From Haliotis cracherodii (lineage: Eukaryota), in the NCBI RefSeq assembly GCF_022045235.1, contig NW_027266266.1:26226001-26290000 (forward strand): DNA of 64,000 nucleotides, in the 5' to 3' direction. This document shows, piece by piece, positions 36,001 through 48,000 of the stretch. Positions within the stretch are counted from its first letter, which is position 1. Each line of letters opens with the position of its first letter. Below the pieces are notes generated by a model that did not search any database, was not told the origin of the DNA, and saw only the letters and a list, made by a program, of their open reading frames with translations. Both the position numbers and the translations under genes were made by a program.

Positions 36001-39000
36001 GGAAGATTTGACATTCAAGTCAGCCCCTCAGCCCTATTTAAGCATTGCAAATAACAGTAGCTACAATAGAGAACAACAGACATAGGTGAATCCACTCACG
36101 GTTATCACTGCTCGAGCAAAGTTGTCAGCAAAGTCAAGTCCTTCACTAACTTTCCCTCGACACACAGCCAGGAACAGAGCGCCATCTTTGTCTTCATCTG
36201 ATATGCCGAAATGAACATGACATAACAATCACGCAGCATCAACTTGCCCAAATCAATGTTCTTTATGGCAAGCCTAGATTAATTTATTTTATAGTTTTTT
36301 TTAACAACCTACCTTAGATTAAGCAAAAAGCAGTCTTTGATTGATATTATGATTTTAAAACTGATATTTAGTTGAAACCTTTATTTCACTTTTTTTAAGA
36401 ATATTAAATCTAAATTCAAGCAGACCAACACAAACACACAATGTTTCTATTTACTGAGCCAGTTGCTGGTGCCTACCTCCCTTGGATTCCACTGCATCGT
36501 AGAAGAGATGCATCAGCTCCTCAAAGTTCATCTTGTCGGAACCCCGAGGTTCTGCAACAATCTTCTTCTGCTCGAACATCTTGTCCCAGAGTCCAGTAGC
36601 CTGAATAGCAGTTACAACATGGGAACAATCAATCCTACAAGGCCAGCTGCCAGACATGGTGGCACTTAGCCCACAGTGATAAAGTGAGTGATAGAATGAG
36701 AGTTGTAGACTGAATAGCAGTTACAACATGGGAACAATCAATCCTACAAGACCAGCTGCCAGACATGGTGGCACTTAGCCCACAGTGATATAGTGAGTGA
36801 TAGAATGAGAGTTGTAGACTGAATGAGTGATAGAATGTGCGATAGAGTGAGTGATAGAATGTGCCATAGAGTGAGTTATAGGATGAGTGATAGAATGTGC
36901 GATAGAGCGAGTGAGATTGGATTTAATGTTACACATGTTGCATCAAACAGCACTTAGTAACAAAGTGTGATAAGTGAAGCAAGCCTAAGGTGAGGAAGGT
37001 CCTACATGTTTATCATGAACACAGGTATGATGGATGCCGAGAGACCAAGTACTAGAATCGACACCAATCAGGAAGTTGAACTCTTGGTCAGTGGAACATG
37101 CCTCATCAACGGTCATCATCCCAAACAACTTTCTTCATGTGAGTAGAAATCAAGATTACACATTACACACAGCTCAATATTGCCTGAATCTGGCATGACT
37201 TTGATCACATCAGTTTGTTAGGATGTAGTCAGTATTAAAACCTGTCGGACTTACCTTCCATCTGTTGGTGAGTTTCTCCAGGCACTTGTAGGAGGGGAAG
37301 AAACACAGCACACCATGGGGCACAGTCTGGAGAACAACATGTACATCTCATACTGGAACCTGGAACATGGAACTCGTGAAGATCCAGGTGAGACTTGGTC
37401 TTCACCAACCCATGTTTGTCATAAGAGCCAACTATGTTTTTCGTAAGACGTGACTAACAGGGTTGGGTGGTCAGGCTCGCTGACTTGGTTGATGCATGTC
37501 ATCATATCCCAATTTATCCCAATCTATGAATTGTCAGGTCTAGACTCGATTACTTACTTCCAGCTATATGACGGCGGTCTGGAAATAATCCAGTCTGGAC
37601 CAGGCAATCCAGTGATTGACATCACGTGCATTGATCCACGTAACTGGGATACGATGACATGCATCAACCAAGTCAGCAAGCCTGACCACCCGATCCCGTT
37701 ATTAGCCTCTTACAACAAGCATAGTCGCCTTTTACGGCAAGCATGGGTTGTGAAGACCTATTCTACCCCAGATCTTCACGGGTCTGGTCACACACTGACA
37801 TCATGATGTTGAAGTGTTTTCATCATTTAGCAAACAAATTCCAAATGTTATGCTGTACTGTATTTAAATATAAATAATCACATATTTTAGCTGCTGTTTT
37901 TGAGATCTTGAATCAGGCAGAAGCCTGCACTTACCTTACAGACCCGGAGCACCAGGTGTCCAAGCTCATCTTGGAAGTTGAAGGTCTCTATATTCCTGTA
38001 GACTGCCTGGAGAGACGTCCCACTGGGGCCCTGACCTATAGCACCTACCCACACCTGGAAGGAAAGCCAACAGATCTATATTCCTGTCCATCACCTTCTC
38101 TGACCTATTATGCTCTGGAGCTCTGCAAGCATGGTAATGGGGACCTAGTCTACCGCTGCAGGATCCGCAACAAACAAATCATTATGGTACCATTGTGTAA
38201 ACCAGGCCAACATTGGGAAATGGGGACAAAATATTACTAACCTCCATTAACAACAACTAATAAGTAACTGCCATTCATTTCAGTCATTCCCATTTCGACA
38301 CTAACATGTATACAATCAACTGAATACATTCAATTACTCACTGTCATTCCGCACGATTGTGCATGCGCTTCATTTGACAAAAATTTCATATTAGAGTTTA
38401 GATTTAACATAATATATTCACATAAAATGAAAAGGATTGATCAGAAGTTACAACTTATATTGCCCACTCTAAAACAACAGAGTTATTTCCTTTACACCAG
38501 TTACCCAGCACTCGGATCACTCAACCAGAGACCAAAAAAGGAGTGCTGGTAAGAACTCTTGAACGTTTTTTAAATCAACTTTACTGGCATTGGTCAACCC
38601 TGGGCCTAGTTCTATCTCACTAACACTCTATGACAATCACAATCAACTATCACTGACTCTGATTGGCAGAGAACCCATTTGTTTCCCTCCCTCTCCTCTC
38701 CCTACCTGATCATCCTTGATGACATGGTTTGCTTCAAGCTGTATACTAAAGGTCATCCCAAGCTCCGAGGAGAAGGAGGACATCGGTGACAACGTTCCGC
38801 TGCTCAACACGATACTGCGGCAGTTCTGGAAGTCTGAGAAGGCCTGCAACAGAGATTGGCATTATTACTAGGTTGTCATTCAACAGAGATTGTTCTCATA
38901 AAATGATTACTTTCTTTGATACTTATCTTTTTAGAACCTGATAGGAAGCTGTCTTAGGTCATAAGACTTCAAAAATGATCTTTGAACAATATAGTGAACA

Positions 39001-42000
39001 CTTGCTTATCTTTGTAATTTCTATAATATTTTACTACCCATGAAGATCTGGGTTAGAATAGGTCTTCAGCAACCCATGCTTGCCATAAAAGGCGACTATG
39101 CTTGTCGTAAGAGGCGACTAACGGGATCGGGTGGTCAGGCTCGCTGACTTGTTTGATGCATGTTATCTTATTCCAATTGCGTGGATCGATGCTTGTGATG
39201 TCAATCACTGGATTGCCTGGTGCAGACTTGATTATTTACAGACGGCCGTCATATAGCTGGAATATTGCTGAGTGCAGTGTTAAACAACAAACAACAAACA
39301 AACATGATATTTTACACACATCTCCATTGATATTGTGTCATTTGGTTTGGTGACATGTTGACCAGCAACCTACCACTGCAGGGTTCATGCACCAGAAGTT
39401 GAGTGTCGAGATCACCGTGGGAACTCTCCTCTGCCCTGAAACAAACACCAGAAGTTAAGTGTACACATCACCATGGGAACGCTCCTCTGCCCTGAAACGA
39501 ACACCAGAAGTTGAGTTCGAGATCACCATGGGAACGCTCCTCTGCCCTGAAACAAACATCAGATGTTGAGTGTACACATCACCATGGGAACCCTCCTCTG
39601 CCCTGAAACAAACACCAGATGTTGAGTGTACACATCACCATGGGAACTCTCCTCTGCCCTGAAACAAACACCAGAAGTTGAGTGTACACATCACCATGGG
39701 AAATGCTCCTCTGCCCTGAAACAAACACCAGATGTTGAATGTACACATCACCATGGGAACCCTCCTCTGCCCTGAAACAAACACCAGATGTTGAATGTAC
39801 ACATCACCATGGTCCTCAGTTCAGTGGGCAATGATATCACCCTTGAATGTGATAACGTCATGCTACAATGGATGACGTCACATGCTACAATGGATGAAGT
39901 CACCCTTGAATGTGATGACGTCATGCTACAATGGATGAAGTCACATGCTACAATGGATGAAGTCACATGCTACCATGGATGAAGTCACATGCTACCATGG
40001 ATGAAGTCACATGCTACAATGGATGAAGTCACATGCTACAATGGATGAAGTCACATGCTACAATGGATGAGGTCACATGCTTCCATGGATGAGGTCACAT
40101 GCTACCAATGATGAGGTCACATGCTACCATGGATGAAGTCACATGCTACCATGGATGAAGTCACATGCTACAATGGATGAAGTCACATGCTACCATGGAT
40201 GAAGTCACATGCTACAATGGATGAAGTCACATGCTACAATGGATGAAGTCACATGCTACAATGGATGAAGTCACATGCTACAATGGATGAAGTCACATGC
40301 TACCATGGATGAAGTCACATGCTACCATGGATGAAGTCACATGCTACCATGGATGAAGTCACATGCTTATGTGATAACTTAACCTGCCTGGTTAGCAGAA
40401 CGTGAAAAAAGGACAACCAAATCAAAGTTAAATAAACATGGATCAATTGTAATAATTAGTTAACATGATATCAATTTCAAGAAGCCAGATGGCCTGTTTT
40501 TTTTCAAATTTGGGATTGAAAAACTCTAATACTTATCAATAAAAGTATTTACAAACAGAGAAAAAGTTTGAAAGGTTTCCATGATCCAATCCCATGTAAC
40601 ATGGTTTCAGCCAACTAGACTGCAGCACACACTCCCATCCATTTTACACCCATGTCTACATGTATGTGATGTAGTGGAAGTTTCATCAGGGTTCCTTACC
40701 TCCATGCCTTTGCCTCGGATTCAACCAAGCACCATTCTGAAAGAATTTATCTCAGATTCAACATTTAGTCAGCATGTAGGTTCTATGGTGAGTGAATGTT
40801 CTCTAATGACAACCAGGTCTATGTTTAAGTTATAACAAGGATCAGGATCTGAAGGTATTTAAAGTGTTCATTGTTTGATATTCACCAAAAAGTATTTCAA
40901 ATCAAGACTGGTGAAACGTTACCAGGACCAGAATTTTTAATAACTGTAATTCTGTATGATCAGCAGATCAAAATGTCCCCAAATACAATGCAATTGCTAA
41001 GGAAATACTACTTAAGGCCACACATTTTTTATTTTTTGTTTCACGGTCCCTGCCCTTACTGAAAAGCACCTAGAAAAGAAATAAATTAAACATAAAAATA
41101 TATAATTTTATTGTCTCCCGCTAGTAATATAGAACCTCAAAAGAAAAATGTTACATCTAAACTCCATGTATACATAACTATCAGTGATTCAATAAACCAG
41201 CTACAGTTNNNNNNNNNNNNNNNNNNNNNNNNNNNNNNNNNNNNNNNNNNNNNNNNNNNNNNNNNNNNNNNNNNNNNNNNNNNNNNNNNNNNNNNNNNNN
41301 NNNNNNNNNNNNNNNNNNNNNNNNNNNNNNNNNNNNNNNNNNNNNNNNNNNNNNNNNNNNNNNNNNNNNNNNNNNNNNNGATCATGTTGATAACTTCTGT
41401 TTTCAGTTATTTGAGTAGAAATGACATTATGGTATCCCTTGTCCCAAGTATTTATGTACCAAGTATGTGATATCAGTAATACGAACCGTTGGTTGATTTG
41501 ATACAAACGTTGTTGTCTTGACGATGGAGACCCTGCAAGAAAATGAATTGCCTCTTAAACATTGATATAATCTTTAATAGGTCTTATGAACAGAAAACTT
41601 CAGCGGTCTGAAAGAGATGAGATGACACCTGTTCCATGTTACACTCCGCCCATGAAGATTCCGGGGTAGAATACGCCTTCAGCAACCCATGCTTGCCGTA
41701 GAAGGCGACTATGCTTGTCGTGAGTGGCAACTAAACGGAACGGGTGGTCAGGCTCGCTGACTTGGTTGATGCATGTCTTCTGTCCCAATTGCGTGGATCG
41801 ATGCTCATGATGTCAATCACTGGATTGTCTGGTCCAGAGTTGATTATTTACAGACCGCCGTCATATAGCTGGTATATTGCCAAGTGTGGCATTAAACAAC
41901 ACACAAACAAACAAAAAACATGTTACACTGTGGTCAACTAGGATTGTGTGAATGAAGATGTAGTCAGCAATACTAAAATAATTTGAATCCGAACCTGTGG

Positions 42001-45000
42001 TTTGCCTGATCCAGACAAAATTATTTATGTTTTACAACCATCAACAATAGTCCAGATATATAAGTAATACTCATTCGCCTGTTCACTCATTAAAAATCAA
42101 CATGGTCCGACTTATGGACAGTATGACGATCGAAATGTCTGAGTACCATGACATACAATCACATGCTGTCTGAGTACCATGACATACAATCACATGCTGT
42201 CTGAGTACCGTGACATACAATCACATGCTGTCTAAGTACCGTGACATACAATCACATGCTGTCTGAGTACCATGACATACAATCACATGCTGTCTGAGTA
42301 CCATGACATACAATCACATGCTGTCTGAGTACCATGACATACAATCACATGCTGTCTGAGTACCATGACAACGATCCATGCTGTCTGAGTACCATGACAA
42401 CGATCCATGCTGTCTGAGTACCATGACAACGATCCATGCTGTCTGAGTACCATGACAACAATCCATGCTGTCTGAGTACCGTGACATACAATCACATGCT
42501 GTCTGAGTACCGTGACATACAATCACATGCTGTCTGAGTACCCTGACAACGATCCATGCTGTCTGAGTACCATGACAACGATCCATGCTGTCTGAGTACC
42601 ATGACAACGATCCATGCTGTCTGAGTACCATGATAACGATCCATGCTGTCTGAGTACCATGATAACGATCCATGCTGTCTGAGTACCATGACATACAATC
42701 ACATGCTGACTGAGTACCGTGACATACAATCACATGCTGTCTGAGTACCATGACAACGATCCATGCTGTCTGAGTACCATGACAACAATCACATGCTGTC
42801 TGAGTACCATGACAACAATCACATGCTGTCTGAGTACCATGACAACGATCCATGCTGTCTGAGTACCATGACATACAATCACATGCTGTCTGAGTACCGT
42901 GACATACAATCACATGCTGTCTGAGTACCATGACATACAATCACATGCTGTCTGAGTACCATGACAACGATCCATGCTGTCTGAGTACCATGACAACGAT
43001 CCATGCTGTCTGAGTACCATGACAACGATCCATGCTGTCTGAGTACCATGACATACAATCACATGCTGTCTGAGTACCATGACATACAATCACATGCTGT
43101 CTGAGTACCATGACATACAATCACATGCTGTCTGAGTACCATGACATACAATCACATGCTGTCTGAGTACCACGACATACAATCACATGCTGTCTGAGTA
43201 CCGTGACATACAATCACATGCTGTCTGAGTACCATGACATACAATCACATGCTGTCTGAGTACCATGACAACGATCCATGCTGTCTGAGTACCATGACAA
43301 CGATCCATGCTGTCTGAGTACCATGACAACGATCCATGCTGTCTGAGTACCATGACATACAATCACATGCTGTCTGAGTACCATGACATACAATCACATG
43401 CTGTCTGAGTACCATGACATACAATCACATGCTGTCTGAGTACCACGACATACAATCACATGCTGCCTGAGTACCATGACATACAATCACATGCTGTCTG
43501 AGTACCGTGACATACAATCACATGCTGTCTGAGTACCATGACATACAATCACATGCTGTCTGAGTACCGTGACATACAATCACATGCTGTCTGAGTACCA
43601 TGACAACGATCCATGCTGTCTGAGTACCGTGACATACAATCACATGCTGTCTGAGTACCATGACATACAATCACATGCTGTCTGAGTACCGTGACATACA
43701 ATCACATGCTGTCTGAGTACCGTGACATACAATCACATGCTGTCTGAGTACCGTGACATACAATCACATGCTGTCTGAGTACCGTGACATACAATCACAT
43801 GCTGTCTGAGTACCGTGACATACAATCACATGCTGTCTGAGTACCGTGACATACAATCACATGCTGTCTGAGTACCATGACATACAATCACATGCTGTCT
43901 GAGTACCATGACATACAATCACATGCTGCAACAACACATCGTCCTTATCCACACACAGGGCATGGGGTAGCTATTCTACCTGAAATCTCCATGGCAAGCT
44001 CATTCAGAGATTCCAACACCAAACTGGGGAGTTTGGAATATCTCAATCTCATTATAATCAGACCGAAGTTCTCGCTGCCGCTAAACAAAGACCTGAGGAC
44101 ATCCCATTACGGGTCACGTCAGAACGACCTTTCGCTAACTTTATCCGACCACTGAAATGACATTAGCCAATTAGAAAGCAGCTTTCTCGAGCTTTACGGC
44201 ACTCGTTTCAACCTGGCAATTTCCATTTCAGACTACTCTTGAAAAATTATTTGACACAGTTCTCGATTAAAATTATTAAAACTGAACAAACGAACATTCC
44301 GGAATGTCTAATATATGGTTGAGATTGTATGGCAGTGCTTCCCACGTACTGTGCAACGCCTCCTCTGTTTAAATGTATATCCCACGGATACGAGAGATAG
44401 ACAATAATTTTGACGGAATCAGTCGTACGGGCCGGAACTGTCGTTCAGAATACCCTGTGTTAACGATTTCGAGGTTGCATGATAAGAAAACACATTCTGA
44501 CCATCACTTTCGTGATCTTGTAAATTCCTAATAAATTGTATATTTATATACTTATCCTATCTCACACTATGCATTTCTTCTTTCGATCATATGTGGAAAT
44601 GTGCTTGGGTGATCATGTATTCAGTGTGTGTAGCATGGCACAAGAATCGTGCGTGACACAGTTTTTCTGGGAGGTGACCATGGTGATACTGGGGTTTGTT
44701 TGGGTGAGTTGTCTTTAAAAAGCTGGAAACTTTGTTCAAGCATATTTCCACATAGGATCAAAAGAAGAAGGAAGAAATGCATACTGAGAGCATTAGTGTA
44801 AAAATAGAGTAAAAGAAGTTGAAATCCATGTCTAGTGTCTTCATTGACAGTGCATCTTCTGACATGTCACTTAATGATGTAACTGGTAGTATATGTGGCA
44901 ATGCCTGTCAACGACTTGCTACATTACCAGTACTGATGATATTATTTTGACTTAGTAAATATATCACCATTATGTATTGGTGGAATTTGGTTCCAAATAT

Positions 45001-48000
45001 CCTTATGATTCCGCCAATTTTCAATGTAGCTGCCTGATTAATGTTTAGTGGTACGTGAGAAGTGTTACGTGTTACGTGAGAAGTGGTTCAGTGTGCCTCC
45101 CTCACCTGTAATCCTCCACGAACTTCATGTCATCCCGGTACAGGTAGTCCAGCGCCACCAGCAGCTGTTCTATCAGGGTCATCACTGGAGGACTCAGTTT
45201 GACTTCCTCACCCAGGGCGTTCCGGACCACCTCGTCTTTATCCTCAACCAACACGCCAAACGATTTCTGTACCACAAAATATGCAGGCTGACCGTTCATT
45301 CTGACCTTCAGTTTCAGATTTTTGGGGTCTTTTAAGGCTCAATTATAAAGTTTGACATGTTACGGCTAAAATTGTGTCACATTTGACCGAACATACACAA
45401 TATGCATTCTTCATCTACGTAGCTTTTCATTTCAATTTGTTTGTCAGGCATAATATTGTAGGAGGCCATCATTGGGAGGGAGATGCTTCCATGGTAACAA
45501 CCAGAAATAGATCGTATACAAATCGTTTTCTTCAATGTTTTGAGATTTCAACAGTGACCAACTATGACAAGATGTTTATGTAATTACTTGAGATGGGTAC
45601 TTTTCAATGCCTATGATCTATTTTCAAGCCTGTGTGAATGGTTTGAACAATTCCTCAAGTGTCTGACTTCCAAGACACACCTTAGCTTCGGGATACTTCA
45701 CTGGGCCCAGTCCGATACAATCCATCTGTGCCACGATGTCGAACCCTGACCAGATCTTGTACGACTGATCAAAGTCCTTCTGCTCCAGTTTGTCTGAATG
45801 TAGGTGTATAAACTGGTCCAGTCCAGTCATCTGATGATGGAAATCATATTATCATTATTGATACTGTGTTTAAATACAGTATTGTTGCAATCAATGGATT
45901 TCAATGACGATGGATAAGTTTCAGATTTCAAACAATTAATCAATCATACCATCTGTGATCATTTATTTTTAAAACTCAAAGTTCATTTTACTGATTTCTG
46001 CAGACAAGTCATTGGCATTTGGCTGTCAATGTTTTAGGTGTGTCCTTGTTGTAGAGTAGCCTACACTAAAATACCATGTTTTGTTATTTTCTGTGTTGTT
46101 ATTTACATACCGGGTAAGCATGTTGAGAAAGAATGTTCTTAAAATATAATTTTCTAATGTCATTCATGAGTTGATCATCAATAGACGAGTTGCTTTCTCA
46201 AAACCAAGAGTCACAGAGCCTGACCACCTGCTTCTTCCGGAGTCAAGGGAGATAACTGACTGTAAAAGTCCAGTTTCCACCCTTGTCAAACTAGGCTGGA
46301 AACTCAGCTCTATCAGCTATGTCATTGTATACCAATTGCGCGGATCAATGCTCATGATGTCAATCATTAGATTGTCTGGTCCAGACTCCATTATTTACAG
46401 ACCACCGTCATATAGCTGGAATATTGCTGAGTGCGGCGTTAAACAACAAACAAACAAACCAATTCTGGAATCAACACATGGGTCTAGCGCTACTGTTAGT
46501 GCACTGAGTGAAATCAAATTGCATCATTTCAATTAATGATGTTTCAGTTTATTTCTCATCTGACTTACCACCTTCTCCAGCAACATTGAGTCTGATGCAT
46601 CTACTCCAGCGTTCACTGAAGGAAAGAACACAATCTTAAGTGGGTAGTACCCAAAGCAGGTATAGTCTGGGACTTATCATGCTCATGGTCACGTGTTATT
46701 TTTTTTTCAACCTATATCAATTGTGATGCATCGATAGTTTGATCAATCATCACACCCCTTTCTGCAATAGTACTACAAATTTCACAATTTCAACAGTGTC
46801 AACAGTGTCTTACCTAACATCTTTAAAGAGTAAGTAAAGTCAACATAGCAACTTTGCAGATTATAATACTTTAGGGCATACTTAATAATGAAAGCTTGAA
46901 CAAAATTAAAATTGAAAAAGAAAATAGTGTATAACAGACAATAAAGAACAGGCAAAATTGTCCCCCTCAAAATTCCGCCACTGAGGGGATCCCCCTTACT
47001 GGGGTTAAAACCGGTTCCCGGTGTTTGATGCGTCGAAATTAATGTAAACAATATTGAATGAAAATTTAAATAAAATTAATTAAATATATTACAAACATAA
47101 GTCCAGATATACAATGAATCGTTTTTATAACCAGATAATATAATAATGGGATCAAATTGTGTGCTCGCGGTGATCAGGTTATGTTTTTTGAGATGAGGAA
47201 AAAACTTGTTTGTGTAAAACTTGAGTTGATTAAAAATGCAAGTAAATTTTGGGAGCCAAGCATTACGACATTACGCTACAATCAAGTTAGTGCTATAATG
47301 AAGGGCCCAATAGCGAGGGAACACAGTACAAATGAAGACCTTGTATATAACTAATAAAGAAGTTGTTAATCCATAGTACTATCTCCCCTGTCCAGTGTCC
47401 TTAACTATCAATAATAATTCTCCCGATGTCAGTGGTATTCCTATTGCCCCGGCCCAACCTACCCATGGCTCGCAGTTCTGTAATGGCCTTCTGTATGAGC
47501 TCCTGTCTCAAGCTCTGACTGCCCGCTTCCCGTGACGAGTCCTCAATGTTGTGAGCCTCATCTAGGATGATTATCTGGTCCTTCAAGTTTATCTCCATCT
47601 GTAAATATAACGGAAATAACAGTAGAAATTCAATGTTGTCAGAATTCATAGAAAAGCATCAGTTCTGTTTGAGGGTGCTGCTAGTCAATTGTCTTGATTT
47701 TCTAGCCTCAGGCTCAATCAAATTAGTTACTTGTTTTACAGATGGAAAGACAACTGAAAACTCTTGGTAATCTCACTTGTAAATACATGCTAGATTCAAA
47801 CAATCATGCTCCAAAAGTGGCTGTAGCATGATCCCAGCAGCTGGCCGATGAACAATGATGAAACTTAGATCATTGAGGATCAAGTTCACTGTTAAATCAT
47901 CAGAGTAACCTCCCTTGGTCAGTAAATTGTTTATGACCTCTTGCATAAAGAATTGGCTTCTGTTTGTTTCATTTTCAACAGACACTTTTACAGTTCAAAA

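Noticed and set aside
41111-41506. ORFs spanning the N run
   Set aside because: Artefacts of the assembly gap. Exon phases on either side already join without a missing exon.
41744-41941. Recurrent short ORFs such as [11 protein letters not shown]... and ...[27 protein letters not shown]
   Set aside because: Chance frames within copies of the 270-bp SINE-like element, disrupted differently in each copy.
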